This document shows, piece by piece, positions 21,462-31,646 of a stretch of DNA of 64,000 nucleotides (within the stretch, counting starts at the first letter, position 1; each line of letters begins with the position of its first letter). Below the pieces are notes generated by a model. That model saw only the letters and a program-made list of their open reading frames with translations, was not told where the DNA came from and made no database searches. Source of the DNA: Marinilabiliaceae bacterium UBA5213 (GTDB lineage: Bacteria; Bacteroidota; Bacteroidia; Bacteroidales; Marinilabiliaceae); assembly GCA_002412555.1 (NCBI GenBank), contig DHVH01000309.1:490-64489 (forward strand), written 5' to 3'. Both the position numbers and the translations under genes were made by a program.

Positions 21462-22691
21462 ATGATTACACAGACCAGAAAGAGAAGGATTAAGCTCTAC
21501 AAGGACAGATTAAATATTCTTCTGGACCTGGCGCAAACAATCAACGAGGACCATAGTATTGATGACTTATTGTCGGAGTTTGAGATTTTGTTGCGCGAAG
21601 AGTTGGATGTGGGTAAGGTGCTGGTTTATACCTTTTCTGACGGGGTTTGGCGCAATTTACTCTCTTCAGGTGTCACCTCTGAGGAGGTGGCTCGAATTGA
21701 TGTAGCCCGTGATTTGTTAAAGTACCAGGGAATTGAGAATATTACGCTTTCACCGCCTGACAATCTAAAAGGTTTCGATGCCATTATTCCGCTTTTTCAC
21801 AGGTTCAAAGCCATTGGCTATGTGCTGATAGGTGATGTGGATGAGGATTTCCAAGGTATCAGTCCCACCATCAAACACATGAAGTTGATACAGATTATCT
21901 CTAATCTGATTATTGTGTTTGTAGAGAATAAGCGCATGCACAGTGCACTGTTGGAACAACAGGCTATGAAAAAGGAAATGGAGCTGGCCTCTCGCATTCA
22001 AAACCAGTTGATTCCCGGCCCGGAAGATTTGCCACAACATAAAAACATTTCCATACACACCATCTACCAACCTCATCAGGGAGTGGGAGGCGACTACTAT
22101 GATTTCATCAAACTTTCAAGGAACACCATTGGGTTTTGTGTTGCCGACGTGTCAGGAAAAGGCATTTCCGCCGCTTTGCTGATGTCCAATTTTCAGGCGG
22201 TGATCCGTTCCGTATTTTCTCCGCGCATTAGTCTCAGAAAATTGGTACATCAACTTAACCGTCGGGTGAATGAAAGTGCCAACAGTGAAAAGTTCATTAC
22301 CATGTTTATTGGCAAATACAATGTGCTGACCCGTCGCCTGACTTATGTCAATGCAGGTCACCTGCCCCCATTGCTTTTTGAACCTAAAAAAGGGCACATG
22401 ATTTCTTTGGACAAGGGCTGTATTGGCTTGGGCATGTTGGATGTGATTCCGGTCATTGAGGTGGGCAAGGTGTTTGTTTCCAAACATTCTAAATTATTGG
22501 CCTTTACAGATGGATTGGTGGAGCTGGAGCGGGGGAATAAAATTACTTCCGGGATGATGTCGGTCGAAAAGATCATCTCCAACCAAAAAAACATGGATCA
22601 AAATATTGATGAAATCAGGTCCTTCATTTCAAAGCATGTTACCATGCAATCGATTTTCGACGATATTTCTGTAATTGGTATGGAGTTTTAA
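21462..22691 (+). CDS. PP2C/SpoIIE (RsbU-like) serine phosphatase with degenerate GAF-like N-terminus
   Basis: VGGDYYD, ADVSGKG, NAGH-PP, FTDGL-E and DDIS motifs. Confidence 0.9.
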   Translation: MITQTRKRRIKLYKDRLNILLDLAQTINEDHSIDDLLSEFEILLREELDVGKVLVYTFSDGVWRNLLSSGVTSEEVARIDVARDLLKYQGIENITLSPPDNLKGFDAIIPLFHRFKAIGYVLIGDVDEDFQGISPTIKHMKLIQIISNLIIVFVENKRMHSALLEQQAMKKEMELASRIQNQLIPGPEDLPQHKNISIHTIYQPHQGVGGDYYDFIKLSRNTIGFCVADVSGKGISAALLMSNFQAVIRSVFSPRISLRKLVHQLNRRVNESANSEKFITMFIGKYNVLTRRLTYVNAGHLPPLLFEPKKGHMISLDKGCIGLGMLDVIPVIEVGKVFVSKHSKLLAFTDGLVELERGNKITSGMMSVEKIISNQKNMDQNIDEIRSFISKHVTMQSIFDDISVIGMEF

Positions 22692-22700
22692 TGCTGGTGA

Positions 22701-24542
22701 TTATTGTGGCTGCTTGGCGGCCATTTCGGTTTTGCCGGGCACAAATCTTTGAATGATTTCGATAAGGGTGTTGTAATTAACCGGTTTAGCGATGTATTCA
22801 TCACAGCCGGCAGCAATGGCCTGGGCTCGCTCGCCCTGCATGGCATAGGCCGTCTGGGCTATGACAGGTATTTTAGGCAATATTTTTTTGATGGCTCTAG
22901 TCGCCGTGTAGCCATCCATCAATGGCATTTTAATGTCCATCAATACCAGATCTATTTGCTGGACTTTCTTGATGACCTCAACAGCTTCCCGGCCATCTCT
23001 GGCCCAAATAAGACTGGCGTTAAACAGTGATAATGCTACTTCCAGGTACCTGAAATTATCTTCTTCATCTTCAGCAATCAAAAATGTGCGCCCTTCCCAG
23101 TTTACTGATGTTGTAGGCCATAATTTCATTTTTTCATTGACCGGTGATACGATCTTTTGGAAGGGGATGGTGAAACAGAAGGTAGTGCCGACATTGGTTC
23201 TGGGTTCTACCCAAATATCGCCACCCATATATCTGACCAGATGTCGCGCAATGGTGAGGCCTATACCGGTTCCTCCATATAACTTGTCTTCGTTATTGCT
23301 GCATTTATAGAAACGGTTGAAGATCATCTCTTCGGTGCCTTCGGGCAGTCCTATGCCGGTGTCTTTGACATAGAAAAGCAGCTCCTGCTCATTGTTGAGG
23401 GAGTAGCCAAACTCCACATAGCCTTTATCGGTGAATTTGATGGCGTTGCTCACCAGATTGCTGAGTACTTTTTTCAGGCGATCGCCATCGGTCAAAATCT
23501 GAAGCCTTTCATCTGAAAGACCTTCTTTCAGGTAGATTTTTACAGAGGAGGAACCCTTTCTGTAAAGTTCCTCTTCGTAGGTGCTTTTGACTTCGGTAAG
23601 AATTTGGTGCAGTTGACAAGGGGCGTTGCGTATCTCAAACTGGCCGCTCTCCATTTTGGAAATGTCGATGATGTCTTCTACCAGGGACATAAGGTTGTTG
23701 GCGTTATGCCGGATAAGGTCAATAAATTCAACTTTCTCTGCTTCGTTGATGCTATTATGTGACAAGAGATTGGAGAACCCCAGAATGGCATTCATGGGCG
23801 TTCTAATTTCATGGGACATGTTCGAGAGAAAGGCCGTTTTAAGTTTGTCTGATTCTTCGGCTTTTTGTCTGGCCAATACCAGATCTTCCTGCTCTTTGCG
23901 CAGGATGCGCTGGTAGCGCCGCTCCTTTTTGATGCTAAACATCAGTCCATTGAGCAGTGAAGTTAAGGGCGCCAGGGTAACCGTTGTAAGCACCATAAAA
24001 CTGATGGACAAGTTGATGTAGGTATGCAGGGCAATGTCGGGAAGGTTGGTATGCACAACATAGCCTGAGAACCAGTAAAAGCCAACAACAGTAAGGGTGA
24101 TTGAGTGCAACAAAGTATACCATAAGCCGGTTGCCGCGCCTGACATGGTAACCGCCATTATGGTACAGGCAAAAAGAAAGAGCATGCCTATATTGGTGTG
24201 GGGACCTTTGAACAGCAGAAACGAACCGGTCAGGTAGAGAATAAACAAAACCCAGCCCACTTTAAACCGGAGTGGAACCCGGGGAACACTTAGGGCAAAG
24301 AGAGAAGTGACGAAAATGATGGTAGAGAATGCGAGGAATTCGTGCTGGTCGGACAGAAGGAAGAACAAGCCATAGTATAGATAAAGCGCAACACCAAAGA
24401 AAATGACTGCCAGCGAAAAATAGTGAAAGATTCTTTCCCGCCAATACTGAATGCCCTCTCCCGGCAAAGAAGAAGGCCCCAGATGTCTGTTTATTAAAGC
24501 TCTAAACTTTCTGAATAACAGGCTTTCAGATATTTTACTCAT
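22701..24542 (-). CDS. Membrane-bound hybrid histidine kinase/response regulator
   Basis: About 6 TM helices, SHEIRTPMNAI H-box, NAIKFT/DTGIG/GTGIGL, and C-terminal REC (LMDIKMP). Confidence 0.93.
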   Translation of the reverse strand: MSKISESLLFRKFRALINRHLGPSSLPGEGIQYWRERIFHYFSLAVIFFGVALYLYYGLFFLLSDQHEFLAFSTIIFVTSLFALSVPRVPLRFKVGWVLFILYLTGSFLLFKGPHTNIGMLFLFACTIMAVTMSGAATGLWYTLLHSITLTVVGFYWFSGYVVHTNLPDIALHTYINLSISFMVLTTVTLAPLTSLLNGLMFSIKKERRYQRILRKEQEDLVLARQKAEESDKLKTAFLSNMSHEIRTPMNAILGFSNLLSHNSINEAEKVEFIDLIRHNANNLMSLVEDIIDISKMESGQFEIRNAPCQLHQILTEVKSTYEEELYRKGSSSVKIYLKEGLSDERLQILTDGDRLKKVLSNLVSNAIKFTDKGYVEFGYSLNNEQELLFYVKDTGIGLPEGTEEMIFNRFYKCSNNEDKLYGGTGIGLTIARHLVRYMGGDIWVEPRTNVGTTFCFTIPFQKIVSPVNEKMKLWPTTSVNWEGRTFLIAEDEEDNFRYLEVALSLFNASLIWARDGREAVEVIKKVQQIDLVLMDIKMPLMDGYTATRAIKKILPKIPVIAQTAYAMQGERAQAIAAGCDEYIAKPVNYNTLIEIIQRFVPGKTEMAAKQPQ

Positions 24543-24734
24543 ATGAACCTAGTCGTTGCAGATATGGCATCGTTTAAAATTCTGCACAATGCAACTCTAA
24601 AGATATATATTTCAGCTATTCAAGATTTCCAAATCCTGATAAAAATTAAAAAACTTATCAACAGGCAGTGACTGGCTTTTGGCTGTCATTAATGGCTACT
24701 GTCAATAATTGGCTTTGATTAATCGAAGATTCTC

Positions 24735-27700
24735 CTAATACCGGATGATAAAATCGTTCAGGTTAATATCGGATGCTATATCCATCTTTTTCCTTAAGCG
24801 ATATCTGCTGGATTCAACACTGCGTAAGCTAATGTTGAGTAATTCGGCAATTTCCTTGTTGCTGTAATTCATTCTGATATAGCTGACCATTTTGAGGTCT
24901 TTGTGTGTAATTTTTGAAAAATGATGAGTGAAGCGTTTCATGAAATCATCATGAAGTATATCAAAGCTTTTTTCAAATGTTTCCCAGTCCTCCTTCTGGG
25001 AGACATCATCCTCCATTATGGATTTCAATTTATTTAGTTGGTGCCTGGCTTGGTCTGAAACATGTGGGGTTATCTCTGTAAGATAGTCTTTGACTGTTTT
25101 TAAACGCTGATTTTTTTGATCAACAAACATGGCATTGGTGGCCAATTGTTTGTTCTTTTTGTCGATTTCCTCATTGAGTTTTTCTTGCTCTAGTTTGAAC
25201 AATTGTTTTTCTCTAAGGATTTGTTGAGCTTCATGTAATTTGTCATTGACGCTCAATTCGAGCTGGACATATCGAATACGTGATTTGTAAATTAAAAATC
25301 CGATGAGCAAAAATGGTACAATCATTAAGCCAATAAACCAGGATGTGCGCCAGAACGGTGGTTTTACTTCAATTATTAATGACGTTGTACTACCGGAACT
25401 CCAAATGCCATGGCTGTTGGAAGCTCTTACCTTTAAGGTATAATTTCCCGGTGGTAAATTGGTATAGGTAGCAAATCTTCTGCTGGCGTTCGTTTTTAGC
25501 CAATCGTCATCAAAGCCTTGAAGTTGATATTCATATTGGTTGTTTTTGGGGCTTGCAAAATGAAGCGAAGCGAATTCAAAGGTCACAACTTGCTCATGTC
25601 TGGTAAGGGTTATGCTGCGCGTTTTATGTAAAGGCTGTTTTAAAATAACGCGCTCGTTTATGGTGTCTGAGACAGTTACCTCTCGGCCGTTTACAAAAAG
25701 CTTATTAATAACGACTTCCGGGATATAAGTGCTTTCAGAAATTTCAGGCGAACTAAATATAGAAAATCCGTTTTTGCCCCCAAAAAACATGGTCTGGTTG
25801 AAAGTTTTGTAGGCGCTACTGTATATGTCGAAATTGAAATTGTTACCATGCAAACCATCATGCTGATAATAGTTTTTAAATTTTTTTGAGAGGGGATTGA
25901 ACTTAGATATGCCGTAGCCCGTAGCTAACCATAGATTTTGATTCAGATCCTCTTGAATATGATAGATGGAGTTGTTGGGCAACCCGTCTTTGGTGGTAAA
26001 GGAATTGAACTTATCGGTTTTCCGGTTGTAATGCCAGAGTCCGTTGGACAAGGTCCCAATCCATAACTCTCCGTTATGGGCTTCGTATATCGTAAGCACA
26101 TCGCTTGTGCTAATTCCAGAGTGATCATCGGTTAAACTGATCGATTTAAACTGGTTGTCTTCAGCGTTGTAAAGATTGATACCACCGCTTAAAGTGCTTA
26201 TCCAAATATTGTGCTGAGAATCTTCATATATGCAGGTTACTGTATTCGAGGACAAGGCCCCCGGGTTAAGCGGGTCGTCCCAGTAGCGTTCAATAGAATA
26301 TTCAGAGGCACCTGCATGAGCAGGTACCAATTTATCAATTCCTGCACCCCTGATGGCCACCCAGATGTTTTGATGCTTATCTGTTTCCATTGCTGTAACC
26401 TCATACTTTGAAATGGGTCTGCTATTGATATCGGTGGTGTATTGACTTATTTTATGGGTGTTGATATGATACTTGAAGAGCCCCGTTCGGGTGCCTATCC
26501 AAATATGCCCGATTTGGTCATTTAAAAATCTGGTAACGCCTCTGGCTTCTTTAATAAGTCCATTTTTGTCAATATTTTCGAAAGTGTTGTTGGACATATC
26601 AAAGAGGTATAATCCACCATCAATTGTTCCAATCAATAGTTTTGTTGGAGAAAGCTCCGTTGTGGCTGAAATATAATTATGTTGCAGCCATTTGTCCTCA
26701 TGTAAGGCAGGGTGATAAGTTCTGAATTTGTTTTTGTCGAAGTCTATTTTGTTCACCCCATCTCCCCATGTGGCAATCCAGCAGATGCCCGACCTGTCCA
26801 TGTAAAGCGACCACAGGGAGTTTCCGCTCAATGAATAATCATCAAATATTTGGTAGGTGTAATGCCTTGCCTGTTGTGAATCATTGGTATTGATTTGGAA
26901 TAAGCCATCCCCAAAAGTCGCCACTAAAAATTCCTGATTACTGACCGGGAGTATTGACTTCACAATTGAGCGGTTTAGCCTTTGCACAAGGGGTGTTTCT
27001 GTAAGGGGAAGGTCTTCGAATTGGTTGGTGATGCTGTTAAAGGCACGAAGTCCTCTTCCCCAGGTTCCTAACCACAACTCGTTGTTTCGTCTTTCGGTAA
27101 TGGTATTTATGGTATTGTAATTTTCATTTTCTATTTCGTCAGCCGGATATAGGAATTGTTGAAAGGAAATTTCTTTCGTATCAAATCTGATAAGTCCCTG
27201 AAGCCATGTTCCTAACCATAGCGTGCCTTCACGGTCTTCATAAATATGGTTGATAAAGTTACTTTGGATAGTAGAGTTATTTTCATGGTAGTTCGTGAAC
27301 GATTCCTCTTCAGGGTTGTATTTGGCTACTCCTCCGCCATAAGTGGCTATCCATATATTACCACTTCGATCCTGGGTGATATGTTTAATAACATTGTGGC
27401 TGATGGAGGAAGGGGCATCTTCAACGGGATGGTATTGGACCACCCTGTTATCCTTACTTATAAATTTGTTGAGTCCATTTTGGGTGCCAATCCAGATGTC
27501 TTTATTACTATCTTCAAAAATACATTCGATAAAATTATTACTCAATGATAATGGTGATGTTTGGTTTGAATTGAAAGTTTGCATGGAGTACCCATCATAA
27601 ACATTGATGCCTTCAAAAGTGCCAATCCACAAAAAACCATTGCTGTCATGAAGAAAGCAGTTAATAGAGTTGTGGTTAAGCTCATCTTCCATGTTAAGCG

Positions 27701-27803
27701 ACTCAAATTTAAGCGTTTGCATCTGGGCTAATCCATCTTCGGCTAGCAGGATGATGGCTCCCAGAAAAAATTTAAAAATGAGCTGTCGGCACTTTTTATT
27801 CAT
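24735..27803 (-). CDS. Transmembrane transcriptional regulator: beta-propeller sensor repeats + Y_Y_Y + TM + C-terminal LuxR-type HTH (no kinase or REC)
   Basis: Many D--G-LW-GT repeats, Y-Y-L-GFD--W...YTNL-PG-Y, PPFW-T-WF TM, and KEIA-LLNIS-RSVE--RYRLRKK. Confidence 0.88.
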   Translation of the reverse strand: MNKKCRQLIFKFFLGAIILLAEDGLAQMQTLKFESLNMEDELNHNSINCFLHDSNGFLWIGTFEGINVYDGYSMQTFNSNQTSPLSLSNNFIECIFEDSNKDIWIGTQNGLNKFISKDNRVVQYHPVEDAPSSISHNVIKHITQDRSGNIWIATYGGGVAKYNPEEESFTNYHENNSTIQSNFINHIYEDREGTLWLGTWLQGLIRFDTKEISFQQFLYPADEIENENYNTINTITERRNNELWLGTWGRGLRAFNSITNQFEDLPLTETPLVQRLNRSIVKSILPVSNQEFLVATFGDGLFQINTNDSQQARHYTYQIFDDYSLSGNSLWSLYMDRSGICWIATWGDGVNKIDFDKNKFRTYHPALHEDKWLQHNYISATTELSPTKLLIGTIDGGLYLFDMSNNTFENIDKNGLIKEARGVTRFLNDQIGHIWIGTRTGLFKYHINTHKISQYTTDINSRPISKYEVTAMETDKHQNIWVAIRGAGIDKLVPAHAGASEYSIERYWDDPLNPGALSSNTVTCIYEDSQHNIWISTLSGGINLYNAEDNQFKSISLTDDHSGISTSDVLTIYEAHNGELWIGTLSNGLWHYNRKTDKFNSFTTKDGLPNNSIYHIQEDLNQNLWLATGYGISKFNPLSKKFKNYYQHDGLHGNNFNFDIYSSAYKTFNQTMFFGGKNGFSIFSSPEISESTYIPEVVINKLFVNGREVTVSDTINERVILKQPLHKTRSITLTRHEQVVTFEFASLHFASPKNNQYEYQLQGFDDDWLKTNASRRFATYTNLPPGNYTLKVRASNSHGIWSSGSTTSLIIEVKPPFWRTSWFIGLMIVPFLLIGFLIYKSRIRYVQLELSVNDKLHEAQQILREKQLFKLEQEKLNEEIDKKNKQLATNAMFVDQKNQRLKTVKDYLTEITPHVSDQARHQLNKLKSIMEDDVSQKEDWETFEKSFDILHDDFMKRFTHHFSKITHKDLKMVSYIRMNYSNKEIAELLNISLRSVESSRYRLRKKMDIASDINLNDFIIRY

Positions 27804-27930
27804 TGCAAAATTTCAGGTTTTATGATGTTTCGAATATAGGAATAAATAAAAAATATTACAGATTTTAACGATTGCTTTTGTTATTTCCCCGAATCTTTTT
27901 GTCGCGTAGGATATGCCTTGTTTTGAGTGA

Positions 27931-28006
27931 CGTAAAAATGCAGTAAGGATGAGTAGTGTTGTCTATGCCTCGTTGGAGGTTTGTTGGCGCTTTCTGGTTA
28001 GCTTTC
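27931..28006 (+). promoter_or_regulatory. Candidate operator plus -7 box for the 28110 gene
   Basis: CGTAAAAATGCAGTA...GTA...GTCTA starts 68 bp before TAGCTTTC. The same arrangement recurs at 29896. Confidence 0.6.
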
Positions 28007-28109
28007 GGATGCATAATAATTAATCTTAATACGAATCTTGCCCTGCAGGACGACTCTGCAAATTTCGATTTAGCCAGGTGTTTTGTAAGGCAACAACTAA
28101 ACATTTACT

Positions 28110-29759
28110 ATGAAAAGATTTACAATTTCAAGTCTTACTTTTTTTATTGCACTGTGTATCGGCGCCATGAGTCACGTAAGTGCACAAAAGTATGTGGGAT
28201 TATCCGCCGAGGCTTCTGATGGAACTACGCCTGAAGTCATCTTCAATGGAATTACCGAAGGTGCTCGTTGGCAGGATGCTGACAATCTGGATGATAGTTG
28301 GATAATTGTCGACTTGGGTGAAGTTAAAGAGGTCGGTGTTTTGCGCATTTTTTGGGAAGCTGCCAACGCGAGTGCCTACAACCTTAGTTTTTCGCTGGAT
28401 GGTAATACCTATACAGACCAAATAGATTTAAGCGATATGCAGGCCGGCGAACGCATGGATATTATCAACGCAGAGACGGTCTCTTCCAGGTATATCAAGT
28501 TACAGGGAGTAACGCGTCAATTGCCCTATGGGTATTCAATTTATGAATTTGAAGTGTATGCTCCTGTTCAACCGGAATTGTCTTCCATCAGTTTAAGTCC
28601 TGTTGAGGCTGTTGTGTCTTTTGGCACCAGCCAACAATTTGTGGTCAATGGACTAGATCAGGTAGGTAATTCCTTTTCTCTTACAGAAACAACCGTTTGG
28701 AGCGTTACAGGTGCCGGGGGTAGTATTGACCAGAATGGGCTGTTTACCTCTGCCCAGGCGGGAGTTTTTGAAATAACAGCTGTGAACAATGGTTTTGAGG
28801 CTGCAGCATTTGTGGAGGTTTTGCCAGAAGCCGGTAATATTTCCAATGGAAAACCGGCTACTGCTTCAACCGGTAACGCCGTTGATGCATTCGATGGCGT
28901 TTTGGGCACAAGATGGGAAAGTGCGGCTGCTGATCCCCAGTGGTTAATGGTTGACCTGGAAGGCCTCCACAGTATTTCAGATATTATTATCCATTGGGAG
29001 ACCGCTAATGCCAGTGCTTATATCATTGAAGTCTCTGCCGATGGAACTGCCTGGACCTCTATAATAGAGGAAATGGATTTGCCTGCTGGTGAGAGAAGCG
29101 ACCGCTTTTATGGTTTGGAAGTGTTAAACGCTGCTTATGTGCGATTGACAGGTGTAGAACGTACTTCTATATATGGCTATTCAATTTGGGAAATGCAGGT
29201 ATTTGGTGTGGCTGAGGAGTCGGATCCAATTCTTGTTGAATCCATTTCTGTCAATGGGGAGAATAATGTAGATGAGATTGCCGTCTTAGGAGGTACTTTA
29301 CAGATGATTGCCCAGGTTTCTCCAGTTGAGGCAACGGATAAAACCGTTGCCTGGAGTGTTGATAACGAAGAGGTAGCCACCATTAGTACGGATGGTTTGC
29401 TTCAGGCACTTACCAATGGAACCGTTGTGGTAAAGGCGGTTGCCAATGATGGCTCAGCTGTAGAAGGCACGCTTGAAGTGTCTGTTTCCAACCAATCTAC
29501 TGGTGCTATTAATGGTAGCAAAGCTGCTTACGGCCTTTCGGTATTTCCTAATCCCGTTGCAGAAAATATTATCCTAAATTTTGAGGGTGATCTGGTTAAA
29601 CTACAGATATTAAGTTTGACAGGGCAGCTTGTTAAATCCGATTATTCATATAAGCAGGGTGAAGCTTTGAACCTTTCAGGTTTATCAACCGGTGCTTATT
29701 TCATTTCCATTACTTTATCGGATGGACGTATAATATCGGAACGGATTATTAAAAAATAA
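28110..29759 (+). CDS. Non-catalytic T9SS cargo: CBM32/discoidin - Ig - CBM32 - Big_2 - CTD
   Basis: Two F5/8-type domains (W--VDL...I-WE-A...YGYS--E), a Big_2-like segment (V-P--ATDK-V-WS), and FPNP CTD. Confidence 0.82.
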   Translation: MKRFTISSLTFFIALCIGAMSHVSAQKYVGLSAEASDGTTPEVIFNGITEGARWQDADNLDDSWIIVDLGEVKEVGVLRIFWEAANASAYNLSFSLDGNTYTDQIDLSDMQAGERMDIINAETVSSRYIKLQGVTRQLPYGYSIYEFEVYAPVQPELSSISLSPVEAVVSFGTSQQFVVNGLDQVGNSFSLTETTVWSVTGAGGSIDQNGLFTSAQAGVFEITAVNNGFEAAAFVEVLPEAGNISNGKPATASTGNAVDAFDGVLGTRWESAAADPQWLMVDLEGLHSISDIIIHWETANASAYIIEVSADGTAWTSIIEEMDLPAGERSDRFYGLEVLNAAYVRLTGVERTSIYGYSIWEMQVFGVAEESDPILVESISVNGENNVDEIAVLGGTLQMIAQVSPVEATDKTVAWSVDNEEVATISTDGLLQALTNGTVVVKAVANDGSAVEGTLEVSVSNQSTGAINGSKAAYGLSVFPNPVAENIILNFEGDLVKLQILSLTGQLVKSDYSYKQGEALNLSGLSTGAYFISITLSDGRIISERIIKK

Positions 29760-29777
29760 CTTTCCGAAAAAAGCCTT

Positions 29778-29819
29778 AATAAAAAAGAGACTGCCAGTTA
29801 GGGTGGTCTCTTTTTTATT
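29778..29819 (+). terminator. Intrinsic terminator
   Basis: AATAAAAAAGAGACTGCC...GGTGGTCTCTTTTTTATT. Confidence 0.75.
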
Positions 29820-29895
29820 TACCCTCACTTTTTGTGTAAAAACACTCTTGCTGTAGTCCTGTATAACGTTGATTTGAAGCACGTTGTGTACATGC

Positions 29896-29971
29896 CGTAG
29901 AAATGCAGTACATGTACGTATTTTAGTCTACACCTTTAAAACTTCAATCTAGAACTCTCCTGTTATATTTG
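29896..29971 (+). promoter_or_regulatory. Candidate operator plus -7 box for the GH128 operon
   Basis: CGTAGAAATGCAGTA...GTA...GTCTA starts 68 bp before TATATTTG (29964). Confidence 0.65.
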
Positions 29972-30069
29972 TTTACACATTTTAACAGTGGGTGTGCTTT
30001 TCAATGTGCACTTGGTTTTCACGCCTGCTGGTTTCAAAAATTTCAATCATTATTTTAAAAAGCATTATT

Positions 30070-31605
30070 ATGGTTAAAGTAAGAATTGGTCTATGTATGG
30101 TTTTGGTTTTTTTGCTTGGAGGGGCTTTGACGGTAAACGCACAGGAGGATAACCGAAATTACAAGCGAGGGTATGGCTTTGGATCTCATATGCAGGCAGA
30201 TATGGAAGCTCTTTCGGTGGGGACTACCTGGTGGTACAATTGGTGGCACCAACCCGACGCGGGCAATGACATCATTGATGTTTATCAGGATTTTGGGATG
30301 GATTTTGTGCCTCAGGCCTGGAATGGCAATTTTAATGAGCAGGCGATGCGTGCGTATCTGGACACTCATCCGGATGTTAAATATATAATGGGTTTTAACG
30401 AGCCCAACTTTATTCATCAGGCCAATATGACGCCGGCGCAGGTTGCTGCAGAATGGCACCGTATTGAATCTATAGCTGACGATTATGATTTGAAAATTGT
30501 GGGCCCTGCCTTGAATTACTCTCCGGATGCACCCTACAATGACCCCTTTGATTGGATGGACGACTGGCTGGATGCTTGTGATGCCATCGGCGGATGCCGC
30601 TATGATTTTGTAAATGTACATTGCTATATGAATACCGTAGGGGCATTGGAGTGGTATTTGGGTGAATGGAAACAATATGGCAAACCAATCTGGCTAACCG
30701 AGTTTTGTGCCTGGGATGGCATTGAGACGACTGCTACGCAAGCGTATCAGAAAAATTTCATGTTGGAAGCTCTGCCAATGCTCGATAATGACGCGGATGT
30801 TTACAGGTATGCATGGTTTGTGGCACGTTCGAGCGGCATTCCTTACAATAGTCTTTTAGGGCCTTATGGAGGTGAATTAACTGAATTGGGCCTCATTTAT
30901 ACCGATCAGTATGAGCCTTCTCCATCAAATGCCATAACACTTCGTGTGATCGATAAAACCAAGGGTGAGGTCACCAGTAGTTCTGTCTGGCCCGAAGAAT
31001 CAGTCTATGCATGGTTAGGTAACACCACCAACTGGGCGGCCTTGAACAATATGCCAGCCGGAACTCTCGAGGGTAATTGGGTGGGAATGTACAATGGACT
31101 GGAAGGTGGAAAATTGGAAAAGACGGAGGAAGAATGGATTTGGTCTTTCTCGTTTTTACCTATGGAAGGCTATACTTACATGTGGAATCCGGGTGTTTGG
31201 GTAGATGAGGTCCGAACGGAGAATGATTTGCAGGATATGCATGTAGGCCGCAACCTGGAGTTCACTGTAGATAACAATGGGAATGTCACTGGTGAATTGA
31301 CTCTGGTAATTGAGAATGCCACAACAGCAGTGCCGGTGGAATCTGAAATTTCCCTGAACATTCCAGAGGGATACAGCTATTCTGATTTTGTATCCCTGGC
31401 CCCCAATCCTGCCAGTGAAGTGGTTCATATTTTCTCTCCTATTCAGGTGGAAGCTGTAAGCGTTTACGACTTAAGTGGCAGGCTGATGTTGAAGGAAAAA
31501 ACCAATGGAAGCGTAGTCGTTAGTTCTTTAACTCCTGGTCATTACATCATGCAGATCCAGGCTGCTGAGAATCAGGTGGCAACAAAAAGATTGACTGTTA
31601 AGTAA
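30070..31605 (+). CDS. GH128-like beta-1,3-glucanase (Glyco_hydro_cc) with T9SS CTD
   Basis: KRG, WWYNW, GFNEPN (acid/base), VHCY, PIWLTEF (nucleophile) and RYAWF; PNP CTD. Confidence 0.85.
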   Translation: MVKVRIGLCMVLVFLLGGALTVNAQEDNRNYKRGYGFGSHMQADMEALSVGTTWWYNWWHQPDAGNDIIDVYQDFGMDFVPQAWNGNFNEQAMRAYLDTHPDVKYIMGFNEPNFIHQANMTPAQVAAEWHRIESIADDYDLKIVGPALNYSPDAPYNDPFDWMDDWLDACDAIGGCRYDFVNVHCYMNTVGALEWYLGEWKQYGKPIWLTEFCAWDGIETTATQAYQKNFMLEALPMLDNDADVYRYAWFVARSSGIPYNSLLGPYGGELTELGLIYTDQYEPSPSNAITLRVIDKTKGEVTSSSVWPEESVYAWLGNTTNWAALNNMPAGTLEGNWVGMYNGLEGGKLEKTEEEWIWSFSFLPMEGYTYMWNPGVWVDEVRTENDLQDMHVGRNLEFTVDNNGNVTGELTLVIENATTAVPVESEISLNIPEGYSYSDFVSLAPNPASEVVHIFSPIQVEAVSVYDLSGRLMLKEKTNGSVVVSSLTPGHYIMQIQAAENQVATKRLTVK

Positions 31606-31646
31606 AAGATTGACACGTATTTTATTAACCTTAATAAATAGAAATC

